Shown: positions 28,736 through 37,910 of the stretch, in pieces
Numbering within the stretch: position 1 is the first letter of the stretch
How the letters are laid out: every line of letters begins with the position of its first letter
Virus record (IMG/VR): IMGVR_UViG_3300028374_000796
Reading direction: 5' to 3' (one strand)
Length of the DNA: 64,000 nt
Origin: a virus
Notes under the pieces: model-generated
What the model saw: the letters and a program-made list of their open reading frames with translations, nothing else
What the model was told of the DNA's origin: nothing
The model's database searches: none
Program-made: the position numbers and the translations under genes

Positions 28736-29746
28736 TCACAGATTCATAAGTTGAGAAATAGATTGTCTATTTTTCACCAAATCCCTAACTGCGGATTTTA
28801 GTAAAGGTTGTAGAGCCCTACGGATTTCAGACTCATCGGCATCCTGAGGCAATACTACTTTCTCTACCTTACCTGCGACCATACCATGACTTGACTCTGG
28901 TCGATGTTGTGGATGTTCTGCCAACCAATTAGGGACAATTTTGAAGGTAAAATCGCTGGAATTTCCTGCTATGACCTCAACAAAAACCCTAGCTTGGTAA
29001 GTAAATTCCCCTTCACTATCTCCTAATGCACTAACTCTAAGGATCTCATCTCTCAAGAGATCTGCCTCTTTAGTGTAACCTCCCTTCTCTAAATTTTCTA
29101 GATCGGGATAAGAAGGTCTCACACCATCAAAAACACCTTGTTTCCTTAGAGATTTGATCGCAGCATTTTGAGCATTACTTAGATCACTGTCAATTGTCAT
29201 TCCGCTATTAGGTGGATAGCCCTTGCGAATAAGGTGAGCAAGGTTAACTCGTACCGAGGCTTGTTTAATCCAATGAGCCTTATTAGTGAAATCAACCCCC
29301 AATGGAGTACCTTTTAGGGCTTGTGCAAGATCGCGGTGAGCATCCTGTAATTCAGAATGAACAATATCATGAATGAACTTATTTTTTTTCAAATTCAGAT
29401 GAGCCACTTTAGTCTGCGAAGACAAATGGTTTAATACAGGGATAAGATGCGGACGTAGCTCTAGATCCTCAGAACCAAGTCGAATAAGTTGTTCTTTTAC
29501 GGAAGATTCTTTATCCTTAAACTTATCATCGTATTTTTCGTTAAAATATTTCCACTTAATAGCATCTTCCTCTGACATATTCTCAGTGGGGTCAGCAGGT
29601 TTTCCTTTTTCAAAGCGAGAATGCATATCGAATTCGGAATTGACCTCGTCATTACTTATGACCACATCAAGGACGGGTCTTAAATGAGTTCTCAATTCAG
29701 GTTTTTGATGACCAAGGCGAATAAGCTGTTCTTTTAAATTTTTCAT
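28736..29746 (-). CDS. Protein with two LIRLG-PELR motifs (start corrected from 29806)
   Basis: MKNLKEQLIRLGHQKPELRTHLRPVLD and SVKEQLIRLGSEDLELRPHLIPVL. Confidence 0.75.
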   Translation of the reverse strand: MKNLKEQLIRLGHQKPELRTHLRPVLDVVISNDEVNSEFDMHSRFEKGKPADPTENMSEEDAIKWKYFNEKYDDKFKDKESSVKEQLIRLGSEDLELRPHLIPVLNHLSSQTKVAHLNLKKNKFIHDIVHSELQDAHRDLAQALKGTPLGVDFTNKAHWIKQASVRVNLAHLIRKGYPPNSGMTIDSDLSNAQNAAIKSLRKQGVFDGVRPSYPDLENLEKGGYTKEADLLRDEILRVSALGDSEGEFTYQARVFVEVIAGNSSDFTFKIVPNWLAEHPQHRPESSHGMVAGKVEKVVLPQDADESEIRRALQPLLKSAVRDLVKNRQSISQLMNL

Positions 29747-29768
29747 GATAAGGTTTCCTGTAAAAGGT

Positions 29769-30230
29769 TTAGTATGAATCCCAGGTGAAATCTGCAATAA
29801 GGGCAAGGTCTTCTAATTCTCCTTCGTGTTCCCCCCCTAGAAGGACCGGCTCATCGATTGCAGAATTAAGTTTTTCTTCGGTGATAGGATAAAAAGAATT
29901 ACGAAAAGTGACTGCTTCCCTACCTTCCCTAGAATTAAGGACATCTGCTAATTCCTTTAGGGAATATTCCTCTAGATGTACCGCCATGTACGCTTCTAGT
30001 GTCCAACCATGTGAGGTATGTTCCTCATTTGTAATTTGAACGTCTTCTCTGAGGTTTCTTAGCCCCATTCTTTGGAGTTTGGATAAAAAATGGTTTGTAT
30101 CTCTAGCTATCCATTTTTTTGCCTTATCCTTAGAAGCGGTTTTGAGAATATCAAGGATCGGTCTTAAATGATCCCTGAGATTGGGGTTCGAGTTCCCTAA
30201 CTTAATAAGTTGGTCTTTCAGGTTCGCCAT
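29769..30230 (-). CDS. LIRLG-NPELR-tagged protein
   Basis: MANLKDQLIKLGNSNPNLRDHLRPILDILKTAS. Confidence 0.75.
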   Translation of the reverse strand: MANLKDQLIKLGNSNPNLRDHLRPILDILKTASKDKAKKWIARDTNHFLSKLQRMGLRNLREDVQITNEEHTSHGWTLEAYMAVHLEEYSLKELADVLNSREGREAVTFRNSFYPITEEKLNSAIDEPVLLGGEHEGELEDLALIADFTWDSY

Positions 30231-30629
30231 CGCACTCTCTATAATGAGAAAAGGTCTTTGGTATGATCACTCACTCCTACAATGAATAAAAAGAATAGTG
30301 ATAAAAATAAAAACGCCCCTCGCCAAATTAATGGGAGGGGCTACACCGTAAAACCGGGAGAAGGTGATTTGGTGTACTAATACTAATTATAAATAGATCT
30401 TCGATATCGATATCTAAATTGTTTCCGAAACCGAAACTTTGAAAGGAGGTTAGGAACGTCACTATATTTTCCCGAACGGGATTAAGTCCGAAAGTGACGC
30501 ACCATTGGTTTTTGGATCTTCGAGAACCTGGGCTATTTCTTTTTTGTTTCGGAAACAAAAAGGCAGCTAGTTCTTGGAAATATTAATAAGTACCCTTAAC
30601 TCGACTTAACTGGCGAGTTAACTACGAGA

Positions 30630-30710
30630 TTAGCGTGACATTGTCACGAAAAGAAATGAGGGTCCAGAAACAAAACCCCTTTAGCGTGACATTGTCACGA
30701 AAAGAAATGA
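30630..30710. repeat. Two identical 30-bp direct repeats, each with a palindromic core
   Basis: TTAGCGTGACATTGTCACGAAAAGAAATGA at 30630-30659 and 30681-30710; CGTGACA-T-TGTCACG core. Confidence 0.9.
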
Positions 30711-30769
30711 CAAGGATGATAAGGAGGATAAGACACTAAAGGGATTTTTGAAATAGAAATGAAGCAGGA

Positions 30770-31285
30770 TTATTTCTTAGGAGAGGAAGCAACTCGGGAA
30801 GCAACTTTATTTGCGATCTTGGAGGTTCTAAATGACTCCGTGCGCAAGATATTCAAAAAGGAAACAGGAATATCACTTGCCTGATTGAAGATAGGGATGC
30901 CGTAGTCATTATATCGTTGAATAGATTCATCAGGCAAGAGAGCCCTGAACAATAGGTCATGAAGGTGTCTAGCATCAGCAACGTTAGGGTCCTCTATAAC
31001 TTTTCTAATAAGGAATTCTGTTTCTTCTCTTCCCAGTAGACCTCTTAGAGGGTCTTCGGATACTCCAGATCTGGGAATATTCAGAAGAGTGTTGATCCAT
31101 TTGAGAGCATTATCACGATGCTCTCCCTCCCGCAAGATGTCTATATCAGACACATGACAAATAACAGAGGGACCCCTAGTAAATTTAACGAGGGCAGTCA
31201 AACGGTCTACACTAACAGACTCAACAACGTCACCCTTTTGGGGAAGGTTAAATAGACCTGAAATCATTGCAGCTTTCTTTTCCAT
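30770..31285 (-). CDS. Hypothetical protein with C-terminal KIANKVASRVA motif
   Basis: ORF track; promoter-like motif 50 nt upstream. Confidence 0.6.
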   Translation of the reverse strand: MEKKAAMISGLFNLPQKGDVVESVSVDRLTALVKFTRGPSVICHVSDIDILREGEHRDNALKWINTLLNIPRSGVSEDPLRGLLGREETEFLIRKVIEDPNVADARHLHDLLFRALLPDESIQRYNDYGIPIFNQASDIPVSFLNILRTESFRTSKIANKVASRVASSPKK

Positions 31286-31587
31286 AGTGGGGAAGAACCT
31301 TTAGTAAAGATGTAATAGTTAGGATCAGTCAATAACAAAAGGATTATTATACAGACGATCCTAACTATCCTCTAAATTATGGAAGACAGGAGGTTTTAGG
31401 GGAAGTATTTGAAAAAACTTTTGTAATTCAGATGAGACCAGGGTATATAGAAAGAATTGACAAACCGATGGATTGGGGTAGGACACCATGAAAAACCCCA
31501 TGACTATTAGAAAGGTCACGGGGTTTTGTGCAAATGTTATACAGAAGATAACTAGTGAGAACTTAGTTCGGTCGGAAAGTTCTCAGA

Positions 31588-32448
31588 TTATTTGTCCTCT
31601 TTATCCTGTGCCTCACGGATCATATCAGCATATTCGTTTTTCCAAGAGGACGGTCTTTTGTTTCCCTTTCCTAAATAGAGAAGTTTCCCTTTGGCAGGAT
31701 TGAAAGATCGATATTTAAAACCTCTTTGAGCAGCAATAAAGCCCAACTGAACGCCACTAGAGCGGCTTACCATACCAATGGGAGGTCCCGTATAGTACTT
31801 AAACGACCTGTCTTCTCCCCTTCTCTCCCCCCTCAATACATAGGACTCTGAAATAGCAATCTGTTCAGGGGAGGGTTGACTCGATGGGTCACTACTATAA
31901 ATGGCTTCTATATGATCTCTACCATCATCTTGAAAATTGAATTTAGGCTTTTTGATGCCGATATACCTACCTTTCTGAGCTTCAGGCAACCGAACCTCTT
32001 TACCATTGAAACGAGCCATAACATCCCCATATTTCCCTTGCTTTAGGGAAGGATCCTGCTCTTCGGTTTCAATAATGATGCCTTCCTGACCTTCAAACTC
32101 TTCATAGATGTCAAGAGTCGTTTCATTATTATGGGATTTTGTTTCGATCAGACATTTATCCCCTTTCTCCCACCTCAACGCACCCTTAGGTTTCTTTCCT
32201 TTAGGCTCTTTTACCTCTATCCCCCAACCACGCTCAATAAACTTAACCATGTCCCTTACCTTGGTAGCCTCGTCCCTCATCTGCGCCCATCTAATGAATC
32301 GTTCCGTCGTTTCATTAATGGCTATCTTTTGATGTACAGATTCTTTAGGAATAGAGGAGGCTTTCTTTTTCGCAAAGGACAGAAATTCATCCTTAAATTC
32401 AGGATGTTTACGGGAAAGCTTAATAAGTTTCTTTTTTAGTTTCGACAT
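31588..32448 (-). CDS. Hypothetical protein with degenerate tag and KOW/SH3-like domain
   Basis: MSKLKKKLIKLSRKHPEFK; WEKGDKCLI...GQEGIII. Confidence 0.7.
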   Translation of the reverse strand: MSKLKKKLIKLSRKHPEFKDEFLSFAKKKASSIPKESVHQKIAINETTERFIRWAQMRDEATKVRDMVKFIERGWGIEVKEPKGKKPKGALRWEKGDKCLIETKSHNNETTLDIYEEFEGQEGIIIETEEQDPSLKQGKYGDVMARFNGKEVRLPEAQKGRYIGIKKPKFNFQDDGRDHIEAIYSSDPSSQPSPEQIAISESYVLRGERRGEDRSFKYYTGPPIGMVSRSSGVQLGFIAAQRGFKYRSFNPAKGKLLYLGKGNKRPSSWKNEYADMIREAQDKEDK

Positions 32449-32638
32449 AGGAAAATCTCCAAGGATTTAAATTGCAATAAAGAGAGTGCTTCTCCCTATT
32501 GGAAATATAAATAGAAAAGTGATAGAATTAGGAGGTCTAGGTGAAGGGTTAAAAAGAAAAGTATCTATGTTAGTCTTAGGGGTTCCGGTAGTAGTGGTAG
32601 TAGTCATTACTAATTTCTCTACCCTTTTTCTTAGTAAC

Positions 32639-34546
32639 TCACTTCCTGAATACCAGAACAGGCTCGTATCCTCGGTAACTCAAATTAGACAGAGGCATTC
32701 TCAACGTGTCCTCGTGTACAAAGCCCAGAGAAACAGCACAGGAAGTCGTAAGAGATACTAGAGGAACTGTTTCTTTCGTTTTATTGCTGTCATTCAGATC
32801 CGCAATATTAATGACTAAGTACCCACCCTCCTTTAAGTGGGTAAGGGCAGTCTTGAAAATAGGCTTCAAAAACCCGTCAGTCCAATCCTGTGCTGTCGAC
32901 CCATAGTTTAAGTACGACTGACCATCTGCAGAAGAGTATTGCTCACGATCGAAATAAGGAGGGCTTGTGAATACTAGATCCAAAGGTCTGGATATATCAA
33001 AAAGTTCAGCTTCTTGATGTACTATCCTAGCTTCTAGATCTCCGACCTGACCCAATCTCTTCAAGTCTTTATAGATTTTCCTATTGCCTTCTACCGTTTC
33101 CAAATCAACGTCAGTACCTATATAGTTCATTTGAGAAGACATTGCTCCCAAGAGACGACCTCCATAGCCGCAGCAAGGATCCCAATACCAACCTCCGGGT
33201 TGACCATAGGTATCACAAATGAACTTAGCTTGTGCAGGTTTGAATAGGGTAGGAGTCCTCAGATTGGCTTGTAAAGCTCGCCTTACTCTCTTAGGGGTAA
33301 CAGGTGACCCATATTTTAACTGAAAGGTTACAGCTTGTTTTAATTGATCTCGGTCATACCATCCTTCCCTGCAGGACATTGAAGCTTCTGAATTTAACGC
33401 TTTGTACCGATTAAGGAAATAAGGTCTGCATAGTTCCAATCCATAATAAGAATTAGGTCTTATTTCTTTTTCTTCGTTAAGCGCCATCTCTTTTGTGGAT
33501 AATTTTTGAAACTCTAAACGAAACTGTTTATCTACTACTTGGAAAGGTTCGGGAAAAGGAGTCCTTAATAGTATGTCAATAGCCCTTTCCCTGTCAAGAA
33601 TCTGTTGTTCATTATCAAGGTCATTCCACCCCTCATAGTCTATGTCCTCCAGAAGACTCTCACTTGCCTCCAGGGATAACACATTATGCGAGCTATAATC
33701 GGTGTCACACTTCTTTGCCCGTCTCCAACACGTTACTTTGGGGACGCCGTAAATCGTTTCCATTTGGTCAAAAGACATGCCAAAGAATTGGTTAAGGAGG
33801 GCAGCTTTTTGTGGGGTGATATCTTTTTTCGGCACTTTAACCTTTAATTCTAGAATATCAGGAAGAAAAGAAATGTCATCTGACTCCAAGGTATAAGCCT
33901 CTATTCTCTTCTTGACATGGGAACCTTGACCTTCCATAATAATGAGGTTACCTTTTATTTTGGCTTTTTCAAATCCCAGGTCCCGTAATAGTTTACAGAG
34001 ACGTTTTCGATCCGCTTTGCTATATGAGTTACGGGTTGGAACATGAACATCTAAACCGTCAAACGTCCAATTCCCCTCTACGAACCATGTTAAGAGAAAT
34101 AGGTCTTCTTCTACAATATTTACAATTAGTTCGTAAGGTATTTGGCGTCTCCCTATTTGGTTTGTCGAAGAGGAATAAAACTCACGAAGGGGTTGAATGA
34201 GTTTAGAACTAACACTCATCAAGCGATACCCACCTCCGCTGTTGTCTTCTTTAAGAGAGGATACCAATGAGGGTCCTAACTTCTTTTCCTTCCATTTTAA
34301 CCAGTCTAGATCATGGGAAGTCTGAATAAATTGTGCAGTCTTATTAAGACTTACTTCCCGGACGGTAGACCCACAGATGAGAGTAGCCATTAAGATAGCT
34401 TTCTGCTCCGGAGTAAGAGAGTTGAGCACGGGCGCTTGAGAGGTCTGAATAAATTGAGCAGTAGATTTCCCTACTTTCATGATGGTAGAACCTGATAAGA
34501 GGGTAGAAGCTATTAAAGCTTTTTGTTCAGGGGATAGATACTTCAA
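32639..34546 (-). CDS. Degenerate LAGLIDADG-like domain fused to an amino-DNA methyltransferase (SPPY)
   Basis: LTPEQKAILMATLICGST / LTWFVEG LAGLIDADG_2-like helices; WDPCCGYGGRLLG (motif I), DLVFTSPPYFDREQY (motif IV). Confidence 0.75.
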   Translation of the reverse strand: MKYLSPEQKALIASTLLSGSTIMKVGKSTAQFIQTSQAPVLNSLTPEQKAILMATLICGSTVREVSLNKTAQFIQTSHDLDWLKWKEKKLGPSLVSSLKEDNSGGGYRLMSVSSKLIQPLREFYSSSTNQIGRRQIPYELIVNIVEEDLFLLTWFVEGNWTFDGLDVHVPTRNSYSKADRKRLCKLLRDLGFEKAKIKGNLIIMEGQGSHVKKRIEAYTLESDDISFLPDILELKVKVPKKDITPQKAALLNQFFGMSFDQMETIYGVPKVTCWRRAKKCDTDYSSHNVLSLEASESLLEDIDYEGWNDLDNEQQILDRERAIDILLRTPFPEPFQVVDKQFRLEFQKLSTKEMALNEEKEIRPNSYYGLELCRPYFLNRYKALNSEASMSCREGWYDRDQLKQAVTFQLKYGSPVTPKRVRRALQANLRTPTLFKPAQAKFICDTYGQPGGWYWDPCCGYGGRLLGAMSSQMNYIGTDVDLETVEGNRKIYKDLKRLGQVGDLEARIVHQEAELFDISRPLDLVFTSPPYFDREQYSSADGQSYLNYGSTAQDWTDGFLKPIFKTALTHLKEGGYLVINIADLNDSNKTKETVPLVSLTTSCAVSLGFVHEDTLRMPLSNLSYRGYEPVLVFRK

Positions 34547-34556
34547 TATAGAATCC

Positions 34557-35891
34557 TTATGATTTTACACCAGCACAATAAGGGCACCAATGTCCTTGCC
34601 TGATACTATTAGGAACTGCTTTCCAGACATGTCCTTCTTTGCATTGCCATTCTAATTTAGTTTGGGAGTTTACGTATACAGAGGATAAACACTCACCTTC
34701 GTTCTTTGTTGCGGTTTTTACCATATCTTCTATAGACAACTTAGCATATCCTGAACATTTTCGACACCATTTCCCGCTTAATATATTAGCGGGTTTTGAT
34801 TTCCATTGATGACCCTTCTTACATTCAAATTTCATTTTTTGATGAACATGTACATAATTAGAGGATAACACTTTACCTCCGAGTTTCCTAGCTTTCTTTC
34901 TAAGTAGTGTTAGGCGCTTCGTAGAATGGCTAAAAACATAAGCATCCAGAAAATCTATTTCTTTTGCCCTCATTTCATTTGAGATGTTAATACCTGATGT
35001 TTCTAACGTCTCTAATGCGTAATTCTGGAGATTAGAAATTGAGGTATAAGAAGGTATTTCTGGTATCTCTATCAATACCACAGAATGCTCATTACACAAT
35101 GCTTTCTTTTTCTTATCCCTTTTAACTTGTTTTTTAAAAGCTGCTTTGTCCTTATGAAAGATTCTTGTAAAAGAAAAATGCTGTTCCCCTTGGTGTTCAA
35201 AAGCGATGCCAAGAGATTTATTATACCCGTCTAACTCCATTTGAGTATTTCTTTTGGTTTTTAACCACTTTGGGTATGAAGTAGGAAACTTAGCATCAAA
35301 CACTTGCTCAAATACACACCTAACCAAACGTTCTCCAAGACTAGTATAACACTCGGGGCACCACCTTCCTCTCTTTACGTTATCTGGAGTGGCTTCCCAC
35401 TTATGACCCTCACTACATTGCCATCTAAGTTTTGTGCTTGTGTTGACATAATTAGTAGAAATACATAGACCCCCACGATCAATAGCCAACTCTTCCATTT
35501 CTTCAATAGTTAAACGAATATTTCCAGCACAGTGAGGACACCAAGATCCTAAGTCTTGCACACAGTGGAAAGTAGATTCCCACTGGTGTCCCTCTGAGCA
35601 TTCCCATAGTAAGGGCCTTCTATTATTTATGTATTTATTGGAAAGACACTTCCCTTTGTTTTTGGAGGCAAGATCTTTTGCATCTTCAATTGAATTTTTA
35701 GCCATTCCGGCGCAGTGAGGACACCAGCTATTTTTATTTCGGACATTATCTGGAGAAGCTTTCCATTGATGTCCCTGTGAGCATTCCCAAGTAATAGGTG
35801 TTTTGGCACTGTTATAAACCTTTGCTAGACATGTACCTCCCTTAGAATTAGCAGTTTTTTCAAGATCGTTAAGAGTTAGTTTTCTAGGCAC
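34557..35891 (-). CDS. Zinc-ribbon-repeat PD-(D/E)XK endonuclease (homing-type)
   Basis: Five WECxxGHxW...WCPxC repeats flanking ELDGYNKSLGIAFEHQGEQH. Confidence 0.8.
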   Translation of the reverse strand: MPRKLTLNDLEKTANSKGGTCLAKVYNSAKTPITWECSQGHQWKASPDNVRNKNSWCPHCAGMAKNSIEDAKDLASKNKGKCLSNKYINNRRPLLWECSEGHQWESTFHCVQDLGSWCPHCAGNIRLTIEEMEELAIDRGGLCISTNYVNTSTKLRWQCSEGHKWEATPDNVKRGRWCPECYTSLGERLVRCVFEQVFDAKFPTSYPKWLKTKRNTQMELDGYNKSLGIAFEHQGEQHFSFTRIFHKDKAAFKKQVKRDKKKKALCNEHSVVLIEIPEIPSYTSISNLQNYALETLETSGINISNEMRAKEIDFLDAYVFSHSTKRLTLLRKKARKLGGKVLSSNYVHVHQKMKFECKKGHQWKSKPANILSGKWCRKCSGYAKLSIEDMVKTATKNEGECLSSVYVNSQTKLEWQCKEGHVWKAVPNSIRQGHWCPYCAGVKS

Positions 35892-36216
35892 TACAATATC
35901 CTATGTTTGGAATTTAGTATAATGAAACATTTATAATTTATATTGTTTCATTTATTAAATATATGAACATCTTTTTAAGTTTTCTAGTGGAGTAATTAAA
36001 TTCTATTTACTATAAAACAATAACGCTAATTTAATAATTTCAATTAATTTGTATTTGCATGTAACTTTAAGACTCTAGTACCCCCTTTCACGTATTAAAT
36101 ATTGTAAAATTCCGCATTTATTCCGAAAAGAGGGTTTGAAACAGATGCAGGAGCGGATCGTTTCAAATGATATTTTCATAACATAATTTTGTTTCAATAT
36201 AGAAAATTCTGAACAT

Positions 36217-36247
36217 AAAAAATCCCCCAGCCCGTGAGGACTGGGGG
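36217..36247 (-). terminator. Intrinsic terminator after the capsid gene
   Basis: AAAAAAT-CCCCCAG...CTGGGGG. Confidence 0.8.
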
Positions 36248-36285
36248 TCGGTAAAACCTACTCTCAGACTAGCTGAGAGGGATAG

Positions 36286-37164
36286 TTAGCGCTGTACAAC
36301 CAGACGACAAAGGCCGCGTGGGTTGAAGGCACCGATACCTAGGTTTTCAAAAACTGAAAATCCGATGGTTCTAGACTTCGGGTCATCAGCCGAAAGTACC
36401 GTCAATTCGGTACGAACGGGGATACGCCCAAACATTTCCGGATCGCAGCATACATAAACGTATCCGGGTGGTACAAGCCGAGAAACGATGATCTGAGCGC
36501 CCCAAAGGGTAGCCATAAGACCAGTTTTCAGCAAAGTAGCCTGAGATTCGATATCGAGGATTTCTCGACCGAACTTACGAATATCACCGTAATCACGGGC
36601 ATTCATGTAAATTCGAGCAACACGAAGGTCGTGTCTTTCGATTTCTGCAAAAGCATCAGCTAGTACAGAAGAGTTGATTGGTGCAACAACCTGCTGGTCA
36701 GGGTTAGTCTGACCGCTCATGTTATCGAATCCGGAAACTGCGATGGAATCGAGAACTGCAAAAACTCTCTCGTCTTCAGCAGCCTGAATCTGTGCTTTCG
36801 CAAGATCCTGGGCTCTTTCAATGAGGTCGAAACGACGCTCTTTGATCTGAGTCAAAGGAATTTCTGGGTTGGAAGCGATTTCGAATAAGGGAAAGATTAC
36901 TCGACGTGGCTTCTGAATAGCGAGAATGTTCTCGCCTTCCTCACCTACGACATAAGCCGTTACGTCGGGATCTTTGTCATAAATTGGGAGAGCGCCATCG
37001 GGGAGTTGCTCGACGAGAAAAGTCTTTCGTCCAACCGAAGTGTAGTCTCGACGAGTTCTCAAGGGTTGAATCATCGAAGCTGCGAGTTTGGCACGACCAG
37101 CAGCGGTTTTAATATACTCGCTGATGATCTTTTGCTTTACAGCATTATCTAAATTTTGAGACAT
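36286..37164 (-). CDS. Major capsid protein (HK97 fold)
   Basis: 292 aa; follows protease-scaffold-decoration; GGAGG SD and strong terminator; LWGAQIIVSRLVPPGYVYV and FSVFENLGIGAFNP resemble HK97 A/P-domain strands. Confidence 0.85.
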   Translation of the reverse strand: MSQNLDNAVKQKIISEYIKTAAGRAKLAASMIQPLRTRRDYTSVGRKTFLVEQLPDGALPIYDKDPDVTAYVVGEEGENILAIQKPRRVIFPLFEIASNPEIPLTQIKERRFDLIERAQDLAKAQIQAAEDERVFAVLDSIAVSGFDNMSGQTNPDQQVVAPINSSVLADAFAEIERHDLRVARIYMNARDYGDIRKFGREILDIESQATLLKTGLMATLWGAQIIVSRLVPPGYVYVCCDPEMFGRIPVRTELTVLSADDPKSRTIGFSVFENLGIGAFNPRGLCRLVVQR

Positions 37165-37185
37165 GTGGATTCCTCCAGTCTAAGA

Positions 37186-37809
37186 TTAAACGCGCAGGTC
37201 GAAGAGGACTTCTGCGTGTGCGTTATCAGGGGCGATTTTAACAACTCCGAGTACCGTTGCGTCAGCAGCGGCTCCACCGTCAAGTTCAACGTGAGCATCA
37301 CCAACTAAGTTAGTGAGGTACCCGTTCTGAGAAGCATAGAGGAAGTCCCCTGCGCCATACTCAAGAGCGTCTCCAATAGTAGCAACTACAAGCTGCTGTG
37401 TTTCATACAACATGGAACCCATGGTTCCCTGAGATGAGACATAAGGACCTTTGCCAGAAGCGGGTCCAGGAGTATTTTCATAAGCGTTGCCAGCAGCATC
37501 GTTAATGAAAAGACCAAGAGGACGAACAGCTCCAGCAGCTGCAGTATCAGCTACGGGACCCCCGACAAAACCGTTACCGGCATCTGGTCGGGTGAAAGCG
37601 ACGGATCCTGAAAGGACACCGTACTTGGGAGTTGTTGCAAGTCGCTCGGAGCGGGTACCCGCTGCGTCTACGACGGGAGGATTGGTTTGAGTGAAACCAT
37701 CAGTGGTAAGTTCAGCAGCAAACGAGTTGCGATGTCCTACATATAGAATACGGAGGGCCGAAGATGCACCTTTGAAATCATCACTCGCCTGTCCAGGCAT
37801 ATTTGACAT
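37186..37809 (-). CDS. Head decoration/stabilising protein
   Basis: Gly/Ala-rich 207 aa directly upstream of MCP; PLGLFINDAAG, YGAGDFLYASQNGYLT, LGVV. Confidence 0.55.
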   Translation of the reverse strand: MSNMPGQASDDFKGASSALRILYVGHRNSFAAELTTDGFTQTNPPVVDAAGTRSERLATTPKYGVLSGSVAFTRPDAGNGFVGGPVADTAAAGAVRPLGLFINDAAGNAYENTPGPASGKGPYVSSQGTMGSMLYETQQLVVATIGDALEYGAGDFLYASQNGYLTNLVGDAHVELDGGAAADATVLGVVKIAPDNAHAEVLFDLRV

Positions 37810-37910
37810 GATATTTCTCCTTAAAAGGATTGGGGTTTACTTTACATTTGTGAAAGCGGAAATCCGCTTCTGGGTTAACGGGACCCGAAGGCCCCTTTAC
37901 ATCGTACTAC

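Noticed and set aside
30630-30710. CRISPR mini-array
   Set aside because: Only two repeats, a 21-nt spacer, no typical repeat end and no cas genes in the window; kept as an operator-like repeat
31488-31703. Plus-strand ORF after TTGACA near 31456
   Set aside because: Poor -10 element; it runs through a terminator hairpin and antisense into 31588..32448
36135-36198. CRISPR-like GTTTCAA/ATTGAAAC fragments
   Set aside because: Only 7-8 bp matches in AT-rich DNA with no full-length repeat
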